A stretch of DNA of 64,000 nt, from the IMG/VR virus record IMGVR_UViG_3300029985_000038; one strand, 5' to 3'. Origin of the DNA: an uncultured virus (IMG/VR IMGVR_UViG_3300029985_000038). Lineage: Duplodnaviria > Heunggongvirae > Uroviricota > Caudoviricetes. A program made the translations under genes and the position numbers. The notes beneath the pieces were generated by a model. It did not search any database, had not been told where the DNA came from, and saw only the letters and a list, made by a program, of their open reading frames with translations. Position 1 is the stretch's first letter. Each line of letters begins with the position of its first letter. Below are positions 10,034 to 19,121 of the stretch, one piece after another.

Positions 10034-10249
10034 GTGAAACCAACAAAACGATATGATAGAATCTGGGATGACATCGCTTCAAAGACAACAGGAATCGTCT
10101 ATACTGAAGTTTTGTGGAGTCAGAATTTTGGTGGCTCATGGATTACTACAACTCAAGAAATCTATGACAAATACCTAAAATCAGGCATTAAATACTTTAG
10201 TGATTTTGTTAAAAAGGAGAACATTACATCGGTCACTCTCCCAGCATAG
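10034..10249 (+). CDS. Hypothetical cassette protein
   Basis: GTG 6 nt after repeat. Confidence 0.75.
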   Translation: MKPTKRYDRIWDDIASKTTGIVYTEVLWSQNFGGSWITTTQEIYDKYLKSGIKYFSDFVKKENITSVTLPA

Positions 10250-10358
10250 GGAGGGTTTCCCTATTTTTCTCTGACACGAATATCTATACACTAATAAGAT
10301 AATAAGATAATAAAAATATAATTCCCCCCAATGACAAATTAAGAGGTATACTCAAATC

Positions 10359-10631
10359 ATGAAATACAATTATCACCTTGACCCAGGACACGGTTGGCTA
10401 GAAGTACCATATAGTGAAATTGTTCAACTTGGAATCAAAGACAAGATATCGCAATGTTCTTACCGTAAAGGTGACACTTGCTACTTGGAAGAAGATTGCG
10501 ATTTTAGTAAGTTTACTAATGCCTATGAAGCAAAATATGGCAATAAAATTGAGATTGAGTATGTTTACCATACTCGTAAATCTGCGCCACCATGTTTCAT
10601 TAGAAACTTAAATCATTATCGGGCTTTATAA
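10359..10631 (+). CDS. Conserved phage hypothetical protein (DPGHGWL...YLEEDCD)
   Basis: Leaderless ATG after repeat; recurrent phage motif. Confidence 0.8.
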   Translation: MKYNYHLDPGHGWLEVPYSEIVQLGIKDKISQCSYRKGDTCYLEEDCDFSKFTNAYEAKYGNKIEIEYVYHTRKSAPPCFIRNLNHYRAL

Positions 10632-10666
10632 TTCCCCAACACTCAAATAAGAGGTATACTAAGATC

Positions 10667-10975
10667 ATGAAAGTAATCATCCATCTCTCCAGTGTTGAAG
10701 TTATCAATTTTCTAAAAATTGCGTTTATGGCGGACGAAATCATTATTGATGATCTTTGTTTCAAGTTTCCTGAAACAGTACAACATCAATTTAATGAAGC
10801 AAAGAGGTATTTACTCAAGGGAGAAAAACTGAATTCGATCAAAAGCGTTAGGGAGATTTTTAATATGGGGATTAAAGAAGCTAAGGATGTTGTTGATTTG
10901 TGGCAAGAAACTGGACGAGAACCAGATTGGCACGATCTGGTGATGCGATATGGATATCGAAAACAATCCTATTGA
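10667..10975 (+). CDS. Protein with ribosomal L7/L12 C-terminal-like domain
   Basis: KLNSIKSVREIFNMGIKEAKDVVD matches K..IK.VR...GL.EAK..V. Confidence 0.7.
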   Translation: MKVIIHLSSVEVINFLKIAFMADEIIIDDLCFKFPETVQHQFNEAKRYLLKGEKLNSIKSVREIFNMGIKEAKDVVDLWQETGREPDWHDLVMRYGYRKQSY

Positions 10976-11131
10976 ATTGTTTTAAAGCAAGATTAACAAT
11001 CTTGCTTTAAAACTTAATAGAGAACAGACATAATTAGCTGATTAGTGTATAGATAATCAACATAGGAGATAATAGGGAAAACATAAGACTGTGAAAATCC
11101 CCAATAGAAATATCCAAGGTATACTACAAGC

Positions 11132-11290
11132 AAGACAGAGAAGGCGGGTGAGCAACCACTAACTCAGGCATCGGCTGGCGAAGGAGTAGTGATCCTAAGT
11201 CCCCGCGCTCTGTTACGAGTTAAAAGTAGGGAAGGTGACTAGCGGTTACGGGCTATCTCGAAGCTATTACAGGCGACATCACCTTTCCTA
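11132..11290 (+). ncRNA. Structured GC-rich ncRNA, two domains
   Basis: Repeat promoter without ATG; ACAGAG/CTCTGT and TAGGGAAGGTGA/TCACCTTTCCTA closing helices. Confidence 0.65.
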
Positions 11291-11328
11291 TAAATCCCCA
11301 ATAAAAGAATAAGAGGTATACTTAGATC

Positions 11329-11547
11329 ATGAAGCGGTTTTACATTCACCACGTTCTAAACTTCCCGCCTACCATTGAGGCACAAAAAGAAATGGTCAAA
11401 AATGGCGCTGGTTCTAACATCAGAACCGCACGAGAAAGAAGCAACCAACCTGCATCTGTAACTTTTTCCGCTGACGATACAACTGCTGAAAACATTTGCA
11501 AGAATCTACCATCAGGTATGACAGTACGAGAAATGCCCTGGAAGTAA
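11329..11547 (+). CDS. Hypothetical cassette protein
   Basis: Leaderless ATG after repeat. Confidence 0.8.
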   Translation: MKRFYIHHVLNFPPTIEAQKEMVKNGAGSNIRTARERSNQPASVTFSADDTTAENICKNLPSGMTVREMPWK

Positions 11548-11582
11548 ATCCCCAATAAGAAAATAAGAGGTATACTTAGAAC

Positions 11583-11762
11583 ATGACTACCGCAGACATC
11601 CAAAGACTAACAAGCAAGGGAAGGTTTGTTATCAAGATCAATGATAAGGATATGGGAATCTCTTATCGCACAAGATTTACAAGAGAAGGAGCCAACGAAG
11701 AAGTACGCTATGCTACACGGCAATGCAACCAGACTGCAACTATCGTAGGCTGTCCTAAGTAA
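11583..11762 (+). CDS. 59-aa hypothetical protein, last cassette (MTTADIQRL...GCPK)
   Basis: Translated by hand; leaderless ATG after repeat. Confidence 0.8.
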   Translation: MTTADIQRLTSKGRFVIKINDKDMGISYRTRFTREGANEEVRYATRQCNQTATIVGCPK

Positions 11763-11802
11763 GTCTTAGACTATTGACAGTAGGTGTCAATAGTCTAAGA
11801 CT
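11762..11802. terminator. Perfect 18-bp hairpin closing the array
   Basis: AGTCTTAGACTATTGACA-GTAGG-TGTCAATAGTCTAAGACT. Confidence 0.7.
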
Positions 11803-12147
11803 GTTACTGATAGTACTATGCTATAGCTATGTAGGCTAGTGCAGTGTAGTAGTTATAGTGTTACTATGCCTAGTGTAGTACTGTACCTGTAGTGCTACTA
11901 TAGCTAGGGTCTGCTAAGAAAAGTAGAGGGTGGCACCCACCGGGGCTATTCAATATTTTCAAAAGGTACCAATCAGCTATGCCATTTTTTTGTGACTCCC
12001 ATATGTTTAAAATCACACATAATATTTTTAAAATTATAAAAGCCTAAATAGTTATGTGTACCTTTATTTGATATTTTTTTTAGAATTTACAGAATTATAA
12101 ATAATATCTATAAAGGTATATATGTACCTTTATTTGAATTTATTAAC

Positions 12148-12528
12148 ATGATCAAAACGTGTAAAGAATGTGGTAGTGAGTTTAACACCAGAGTAAGAAT
12201 TGACGGTAAAATTATTCGTTGTGATAAGCGCCAACGTTGTCAGGATTGTTTTCCGCATGTTCAGGGTAATACTCGTGGAGAAATTATTCAACCTCCTATT
12301 CATGGAGAAACTATAGTATGTTATCGTTGTAGTACTTCTTTTGAATATAATGAACTCATTCCAACTTGTTTATGCGAACAATGCAGACAAGACCTTGGAA
12401 ATCATGTTTACAATCAAGAGTGCAAATATTGCCACAAGCCATTCAAACTAAATAAGATGCATAAACAGCATGATATATTCGACATATGTAGTGCTTGTAT
12501 AAAAAGACATCGCTCATTATTAATTTAG
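12148..12528 (+). CDS. Multi-CxxC zinc-finger protein
   Basis: Six CxxC motifs. Confidence 0.7.
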   Translation: MIKTCKECGSEFNTRVRIDGKIIRCDKRQRCQDCFPHVQGNTRGEIIQPPIHGETIVCYRCSTSFEYNELIPTCLCEQCRQDLGNHVYNQECKYCHKPFKLNKMHKQHDIFDICSACIKRHRSLLI

Positions 12529-13121
12529 AAATTTTAAGAGCGAACTATACTTAATTGATTATGCTCTAATCTGTACAGATTAGCCCCAATGGTTTAACGT
12601 TCGAAACGGCTCAAGTCACTAGATTCGCTCTTAAAACTCCTTAATTCCTTAACTCCTTAACTCCTTAAATTGTTAAATTGTTAAAGTTAACAGAATAGCG
12701 TTTTTACACGCATAAAGTTTACATATTTGCTCCAGTTGCAGTCAAAATGTTTGATTTCTTTTCAATCCGCTCATTTTCCCTGTCTCCATTAAGGTATTCC
12801 TTAATGGCTCTATCTCTGCCCTGTGAGTATAAATAAAAGTCTTCATCCGAAACAAAATTATGAGATGTTAATCCGGGTTGATTATCAAGTTCCATATTAT
12901 AGTAGATTTGTTTCGGGTCACTACAACTCCTACTGTCTGATTCCATAACATATTTATTATACCATCATATATTCAAGATTATCGGATTTAAGATTATACA
13001 CGACAACATCGTGGCAGAATTTAACATATTTTTCATCTAGAGTGTTTTTAAAATTTGGGATTGTATACATATTAAAATAATCCCATTTAGTTTGCTCTAT
13101 TAATTCTTTTCCTTGTTGTTT

Positions 13122-15929
13122 TTAAACTTTAGCTGTATTAACCCATTCTGTTTGACTTGCAACTAAAGTCCAAGATTTTCCTTGTGCTGAAGTTGTAAGT
13201 GGAGTTGATGAAAGTCCTGAAGTAGTAAGGAAATTCTGTGAACTTTGAGTTGCTATACTCACTGTATTACCGGAAGAATCTGTCTGAATAACTCTGACTT
13301 CTTGACCTTGATTTGCTGCTGAAACTACAGGCAAAGTAATAGTGAAATTACCTGAGGTGGCATTAGCTAATATCGTAATTGGAGCGACAGTTGAAGCTAC
13401 AGCCATCGCACCAGTAACAACTGCTGTTTGAGCATTTAACATGAAATAACTTTCTGCTACAGGAAGTGTTAAGCCAACTCTATAAGGTCTGTGTGTATAT
13501 AGATCAAGAAATTGAGCGTTAGCTGTTAAACCAAGATAGTAAGCCGCTATCGAGAATGCTCCAGCATCGGGCGGCAGAGCATAATTTGTTCCCAGATAGT
13601 CAGCAGTAACTAATGTTGGTGTGCCGATTGCCTTCGCTGGCGAGTTAGACGCAGGAATGAAATCCAAATACGTAGATGGATTAATTTCATTAGATAATTT
13701 TGGATCAGAATTCACACTATTGGTGTCAAAACCTGCACCTTGCCACAAAGTCCATGTAGAATATAGATCGGAAATTGTTGACCCTGCTGGACCATAAACA
13801 ACGTTGTTATTGATAGTAAGATTGACGTTTCCTGCCGTCTGGTTAGCACCAGTTTGATAAACAGTATACGTTACACCTGTTGCTGATGCCGCAGTTCTGA
13901 AAAATATATTGTTTTCGACAACACAGCCACTACCCCAAAGCTGATTAACAACCGTTACAGCTTGAGAGTTGTCTGATCCAAAATTCATTGTATCAGCAGC
14001 AGAATTGCTACAAACACCAATGCAGTTAATTACTTTGGCTTGATAAGCACCTTTAAGTTGATATGTATGAAGACTTCCAATACAATTTGCCAAACAATTT
14101 TCAATGACGACAGACGCGATATTTTCTTTAACTCCAAAACCAATATTACATCCAGTACATATATTGTTCTTAACAGTTCCTGCACCAGTACAAGCAACGA
14201 TTAGTCCTTCTACCGCTGTTCCAGAGGTGTTTGGTCCGATGTAAGTATCGCCAGTAGCAACAAATCCAGTGAGTCCAAGAGGATTGGTACAAGCGTAGAA
14301 AATCAGGTTAACGCCAGAAATAGGAGTCCAAGTTGGGCTTGATGTTCCAGCAACAGCGGTTCCAGTGCCCGCATAGGACGTTCCCGCAGTGACAGCTACA
14401 TAATCTGAAACATCACCAGCGGCACTAACTCTTAACACCACAGCGTATTGTGTTGATGGTGACATAACATATGCGCCACGGAACTTGAAGTAGTAAAAAG
14501 CAGCAGTACCACTTATAGTGGAAGCCGATATGGTGTTAACACTGGTGTCTAAAGCTGAACCGGTAATTGCACCACCAGAAGTTGCATATAAATACGCAGT
14601 AATAGTGAATGTTGGACTTCCAACTTTCGCTAATTTAAAATAACAACTATCAAACCAAGGACAATGGGAAGAAGATGCAACTGCTGAGGTTGTAAATATT
14701 TGACCAAGAAAAACTGTGGACACACCATTCCCTAATGGCTGAGCAGAGCCTGAAACTGTTGTTGCAGAAGCATCAGTAAAATACCCACCGTCATTTCCGA
14801 TCACACCTGCATTTGGAGCAGATCCCAGAGCAGTCCATGTGTTTCCAGGTCCAATTTGTAGTCCAGTTGTTGTTATAACAGCTAAATAAGCATCGTCATT
14901 TGTCGCTGTATAGGTGTTTCCAGTTTGACCTGAAGGTGGAACTTGAATATTAGAACTTTGTGCTGAAGCAATTAAGAATAATGCAAGATTTCCAGTTCCA
15001 GTGTTTCCGTAAATTTGTATATTTGAACATGCTATATCTCCAGTTACTGTAAAAGCTCTTTGGTTCATAGTTGCTGAATTTATAGTGTTGTTATTAAAAC
15101 TTACAAGAGTGGAAGTAATAACAGTACCATGAGGAATATATACACCACCTGTTGAGGTTATTTGTGTATTATCAATAATTAAATTTGTAATTGTACCAGT
15201 TTGGCTTAAGTAGATACCAGAATTGTTGGAACCTTGATTTAAAACACCTTGCGTTGTACCATCTCCACCAATTGTAAGGTGTAGACTAGCTAAAGCAGGA
15301 CCAGATCCAGTTCCAAAAGCAGTTCCAGTGTTTAAGAATGAAGACCCCTTTGATAATATATTAGAATTACCAGTTATACCTACTTCGATAGCATATGTTC
15401 CTGTTAATGTTGAAGCAAAAGTACATCTATCTGCTGTTATAGTTCCTGAATTATTACCACACGCTATACCTATACCTGATCCATTTTGAAAATTACACTG
15501 TGTGAATGTAAGTAATGTTTCAGCATGTCCAGCGGCTAGTGTACCACTACCGCCATTACCATCCAAAGATAACCAAGTTAGTTGTTGTGAATGTGTATTA
15601 TTAACATAACTAGTACAACGACCGTTAGTTGCCGTAGGACGAATAACCGGTCTTAAACCATTAGTGTCACCCGTTAATATATAAGCAAATGAAGTTGGTA
15701 ATGCCAAATATCCTGAACCTGAGTTCTCAGCGTAAATATTTGCGCTTCCACCAGTCGGTCCACCATTAACAATAATAGTGTCACCAGCGCCCATAAGAGC
15801 GATAGCGCCGTTAATCGTCAGCGTAGGATTGCCAGGAGAAGTGCCATGACCCGCACCATCAGTTCCGATGATGTAAGTGTTAGAGCCAACAGTCTGTGCT
15901 GCATTTGAAACATACCAAGTATTTGCCAT
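13122..15929 (-). CDS. Large virion/tail-fibre-like protein with beta-helix character
   Basis: 935 aa, G/T/S/N-rich; TWYVS...G.S...P.LTI start; NN-type beta-helix rungs. Confidence 0.7.
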   Translation of the reverse strand: MANTWYVSNAAQTVGSNTYIIGTDGAGHGTSPGNPTLTINGAIALMGAGDTIIVNGGPTGGSANIYAENSGSGYLALPTSFAYILTGDTNGLRPVIRPTATNGRCTSYVNNTHSQQLTWLSLDGNGGSGTLAAGHAETLLTFTQCNFQNGSGIGIACGNNSGTITADRCTFASTLTGTYAIEVGITGNSNILSKGSSFLNTGTAFGTGSGPALASLHLTIGGDGTTQGVLNQGSNNSGIYLSQTGTITNLIIDNTQITSTGGVYIPHGTVITSTLVSFNNNTINSATMNQRAFTVTGDIACSNIQIYGNTGTGNLALFLIASAQSSNIQVPPSGQTGNTYTATNDDAYLAVITTTGLQIGPGNTWTALGSAPNAGVIGNDGGYFTDASATTVSGSAQPLGNGVSTVFLGQIFTTSAVASSSHCPWFDSCYFKLAKVGSPTFTITAYLYATSGGAITGSALDTSVNTISASTISGTAAFYYFKFRGAYVMSPSTQYAVVLRVSAAGDVSDYVAVTAGTSYAGTGTAVAGTSSPTWTPISGVNLIFYACTNPLGLTGFVATGDTYIGPNTSGTAVEGLIVACTGAGTVKNNICTGCNIGFGVKENIASVVIENCLANCIGSLHTYQLKGAYQAKVINCIGVCSNSAADTMNFGSDNSQAVTVVNQLWGSGCVVENNIFFRTAASATGVTYTVYQTGANQTAGNVNLTINNNVVYGPAGSTISDLYSTWTLWQGAGFDTNSVNSDPKLSNEINPSTYLDFIPASNSPAKAIGTPTLVTADYLGTNYALPPDAGAFSIAAYYLGLTANAQFLDLYTHRPYRVGLTLPVAESYFMLNAQTAVVTGAMAVASTVAPITILANATSGNFTITLPVVSAANQGQEVRVIQTDSSGNTVSIATQSSQNFLTTSGLSSTPLTTSAQGKSWTLVASQTEWVNTAKV

Positions 15930-15951
15930 ATTATTTTATCCTTTAAAAATT

Positions 15952-16617
15952 TTAACTATAAGAAAGTGAAGCTCTATTTGACCAAATTTGATTTAAAAGA
16001 GGAATTCCCGCTGAAGACATACCAGCCCAAGGCTGAGAAGTTACAATATTATTTGAATCATAATTAATTTGTTGAATAGTCCAAACTGCTGAAGAAATGT
16101 TATTAATATTTCCTGGCGCACACATACCAATATATAAATAATTATTACCAATTCCAGAATCATCATATTTATATGAGTAATTTTGAGATATTGCAAGTTG
16201 ACTTATTTGATTAGCTGCGGTACTTACGCCGCTAACGGTAAAACTACCTGGAGTAGTACCTGGGTTATTAGTATTTACACTACTTGAAAGTGGAGTAATA
16301 ATACAAGATCCAGAGGAAAAAGCAGAAGCATAAATATAAACTGATCCACCAACAGTATTAACGGAAAAAATACCATTACCATTAGCTGGTATAGCTCCAA
16401 TATTACCAGTTAAAGTACTTATTGAGCCATCTGCATATTGTTGACCAGAAAGACCTGATAAAGATCCACCGACATGAAGCTGACCGACATAAGTTCCATC
16501 AATTTGGAAGTTAAGTACTCCTGGCTGCAAATCTGCAATTAAACAAGCCCCACCAGGAGTTAATGCTGGGAAAGTTCCAATGTTTGCGGTGTTAATAGTA
16601 GTTCCAATAACAATCAT
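15952..16617 (-). CDS. Probable virion structural protein
   Basis: G/S/T-rich; C-terminal W.NRASLSY motif; adjacent to fibre gene. Confidence 0.6.
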   Translation of the reverse strand: MIVIGTTINTANIGTFPALTPGGACLIADLQPGVLNFQIDGTYVGQLHVGGSLSGLSGQQYADGSISTLTGNIGAIPANGNGIFSVNTVGGSVYIYASAFSSGSCIITPLSSSVNTNNPGTTPGSFTVSGVSTAANQISQLAISQNYSYKYDDSGIGNNYLYIGMCAPGNINNISSAVWTIQQINYDSNNIVTSQPWAGMSSAGIPLLNQIWSNRASLSYS

Positions 16618-16698
16618 AAAACTAATTTCTAGATTAAACTGATTATAACCTTTTAAATATTATATAAAAATTACACTTATTTTCTTGTGGTATTAATT

Positions 16699-16739
16699 TT
16701 GACATCCTCCCACGCCTAAAGAGCGTGGGAGGATGTCAA
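16699..16739. mobile_element. IS200/IS605-type end palindrome (PATE/MITE-like remnant)
   Basis: TTGACATCCTCCCACGC-CTAAAGA-GCGTGGGAGGATGTCAA, perfect 17-bp arms. Confidence 0.55.
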
Positions 16740-16807
16740 TGATGCAGAAATCTTAGAAATGATTGAAGAAGATATTGATTGTTATGAATCTGTGGTATAC
16801 TCAGCGC

Positions 16808-17053
16808 ATGAAAGACCCTATTAATTCAGGATTAGATATTCCAGATTCGCCTCATTATCAAATTCACATTTACACTCTGTGTAATCGTCAACCTCAAATA
16901 TATGTTTATAATTCGGAAAAAGTTTGGTTAGACGATCTTAAACAAGCTCATAATTTATATTCTTTCGATAAAAATCATATTATCAAAGCTTTTCACATAG
17001 AATACACAGCATACACTGAGTCTCCTATAGTGGTGCATAAAAGGTGGGATTAA
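16808..17053 (+). CDS. Hypothetical protein
   Basis: ATG just after GGTATACT; start revised from 16763. Confidence 0.6.
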   Translation: MKDPINSGLDIPDSPHYQIHIYTLCNRQPQIYVYNSEKVWLDDLKQAHNLYSFDKNHIIKAFHIEYTAYTESPIVVHKRWD

Positions 17054-17119
17054 AAAGAACTAAGGTTGTTGGAGTTTCATAATTAGAAATCAAATAGGAT
17101 TTCTAATTATACTAACGAT

Positions 17120-18001
17120 ATGAGTAAGTTTATTTTAGAGACTGATTTAGGAAGAGATCCTGATGATTTTTTCGCTTTATGTTATCTTGTTAGTTCTGGT
17201 CGTGTTCCTGATGCGATAGTTTTATCTCCTGGTGATCCTGATCAAGTTTGTTTATGTCGTATTGTTCTTGATGTACTCAATATTGATATTCCAATTGGTG
17301 TTGCCAAGCTTGGTCGTGATAAATCTTCAGTAGGAAGTATTCATTTAGACATTATCAATAAGTATAAGAAGAATAGGAATTACGATCATGATGGTTTAGG
17401 AAGTCGTGTAATTGCGGATTTGGTAGGATCTGAGGAAGCCACCGCATTAGTAATTGGTCCAGTGACATCTGTTGCTGGTGCATTATCTATTGGTGTAAAG
17501 ATCACATGTGTTCTCATGCAGGGTGGATTTGTTCCTTACAGTTTCCACAATCATGATGTTCCCAGGTTAGATAAATTTGAAGAACAGAATAAAGTTGCTA
17601 CATTCAATTTAGGTGGTGATAAGAATGCTGGATTAGTTTTAGTGAATGCTCTTAATTGTTATCGTTATTTTGTTGGCAAGAACATTTGTCATTGCATTGA
17701 ATACAACAAGAGCATTCATGATTATGTTCTCAGTTTTGAGAGTAAGAATCGTGCTGACGAATTATTCCGTGAAGGCATGGATTTATATTTAGCCAAGCAT
17801 GATTCAAAAAAGTTTCATGATCCATCTGCTGCTTATGCATTATTATATCCTGAAGAAGTTCATTTTGTATTAGGTCGTATGGGTTATGCTCAAGGTAAGT
17901 GGGGAGCGGAAGAAGATGGTGCGGATTTATTAGCTATTAATATTGACATGGATAAATTTTGGCTTTCTATTGCGAATCCATCAGGGTATAATAAGTCATG
18001 A
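17120..18001 (+). CDS. Nucleoside hydrolase (IUNH family)
   Basis: ETDLGRDPDDFFAL, TFN, FHDP motifs. Confidence 0.85.
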   Translation: MSKFILETDLGRDPDDFFALCYLVSSGRVPDAIVLSPGDPDQVCLCRIVLDVLNIDIPIGVAKLGRDKSSVGSIHLDIINKYKKNRNYDHDGLGSRVIADLVGSEEATALVIGPVTSVAGALSIGVKITCVLMQGGFVPYSFHNHDVPRLDKFEEQNKVATFNLGGDKNAGLVLVNALNCYRYFVGKNICHCIEYNKSIHDYVLSFESKNRADELFREGMDLYLAKHDSKKFHDPSAAYALLYPEEVHFVLGRMGYAQGKWGAEEDGADLLAINIDMDKFWLSIANPSGYNKS

Positions 18002-18567
18002 TCAAGAAAGCTAAATTTGATGTTGTTTATACTACTTCAAAAACATTAGAAAAATACATTCATGAAGATAGTTATGAAGATGAATATGGTCGTTGGGCTA
18101 AAGAAAAAACCATAAAATGGCGTCCAACTACTCCTGATTTATATTACATTATTGGGGACGACAAGCTTTTTTATCGTTTACCACCTTCTGGAAAATACAA
18201 TGAATTTTATGGTTTTTTCAACAGAAAAGAATTAACTGATTATGAATTGTGCGGAACATTTGATGGTGAATATTTCAATGGTTGTAAGATCCCTAATATT
18301 GGTACATCCTTATTAGAACTTCAGCAATATGATGTATTCACCTTAGAAGAGGAATACAGATATAAAAATATATTTAGTAAAGATGAAGATATTGTTATTC
18401 CCGTTGATGTTTCATTAGTATTAGAATCTCCCTCAAAGCTTCGCGGGGAAATTATGGTATCTTTTTTGGATGACCCTAAAAAACGCACGACTATATATTT
18501 TTATAATGATATTCTTGTTAAAGTAATTGGCAAGATCAAGGTTGTTAGAGAATTTATTGAATTTTAG
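17998..18567 (+). CDS. Hypothetical protein
   Basis: GGTATAATAAGTC-ATG. Confidence 0.75.
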   Translation: MIKKAKFDVVYTTSKTLEKYIHEDSYEDEYGRWAKEKTIKWRPTTPDLYYIIGDDKLFYRLPPSGKYNEFYGFFNRKELTDYELCGTFDGEYFNGCKIPNIGTSLLELQQYDVFTLEEEYRYKNIFSKDEDIVIPVDVSLVLESPSKLRGEIMVSFLDDPKKRTTIYFYNDILVKVIGKIKVVREFIEF

Positions 18568-18623
18568 AAAAATGCGTTATTGAGCCAATTGTTGAACGGG
18601 GATATGATGGGGTATAATAAGTC

Positions 18624-19121
18624 ATGAAAGTTTTAACGTTAAAACATGAGCGTGTAGGTGCCTTTGAGTTAGAGGTTTATGAAACCGTTTATGAATGTCC
18701 CGAATTTTCAGACTACAAAAAATACGTTTATGAATATTGCCATAATGCTTTAGTGCGGACTCGCAAAGAATTAAAGATTTATGCTAAATTAATTGATGAA
18801 ACTGAGAGAAAGATCAATGAGTTAGGTGTAACCAGAGAAAATCTCACTACACTTGCCCAGATGCAGAGAAATATTGATAATTACATGAATCCTTTCAAGT
18901 GTTTAACTGAGCGTTTTCAGCATCTTAGTGAACTTGAAGATTTCATTATGAATGAGGCACCCACTTATGAAAAAATCAAATCTGCTCTAGATTATTTTGA
19001 TGAACGTTATGATGACGAAGACATGGATTGTAAGGTTGGTTTTTATCGTCTCAGTTGGGAAGAAATTGATGGATATGATAATTTTCGCAAAGAATTACGT
19101 TATGAGGGGAGAGAAGAATGA
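18624..19121 (+). CDS. Hypothetical coiled-coil protein
   Basis: GGTATAATAAGTC-ATG. Confidence 0.75.
   Translation: MKVLTLKHERVGAFELEVYETVYECPEFSDYKKYVYEYCHNALVRTRKELKIYAKLIDETERKINELGVTRENLTTLAQMQRNIDNYMNPFKCLTERFQHLSELEDFIMNEAPTYEKIKSALDYFDERYDDEDMDCKVGFYRLSWEEIDGYDNFRKELRYEGREE

Larger units (their letters stand above)
2494..11079. repeat. Second motif TAGTGTATAGAT-N20-GGGAA, six copies in both orientations
   Basis: + strand at 2494, 3236, 5390, 11043; reverse complement at 7746-7782 and 10257-10293; spacer is 20 nt in all six. Confidence 0.9.
98..11582 (+). repeat. About 30 dispersed copies of a promoter-like repeat AATCCCCAAY-N~10-RGGTATACT heading almost every cassette
   Basis: TATACT (TATATT at 4397) starts at 122, 612, 2280, 2705, 2968, 3315, 3568, 4001, 4397, 5086, 5457, 5657, 6093, 6821, 6961, 7214, 7619, 7839, 8106, 8465, 8792, 9005, 9303, 9757, 10022, 10347, 10655, 11120, 11317, 11571; CCCC about 17 nt upstream; start codon usually 6 nt downstream. 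Confidence 0.95.

Noticed and set aside
11132..11215. Hammerhead ribozyme
   Set aside because: No CTGANGA plus GAAA core in the right arrangement
98..11582. CRISPR array or integron attC array
   Set aside because: Inter-repeat segments are whole genes of 100-1600 bp, the repeat has a variable core and promoter geometry, it is generally not palindromic, and no cas or integrase gene is in the window
696..11603. Minus-strand ORFs in the early array (e.g. 696-1055, 2790-3038, 5037-5300, 6906-7121)
   Set aside because: Shadows of plus-strand genes; recurring FYWG/LLG strings are just the reverse-translated repeat
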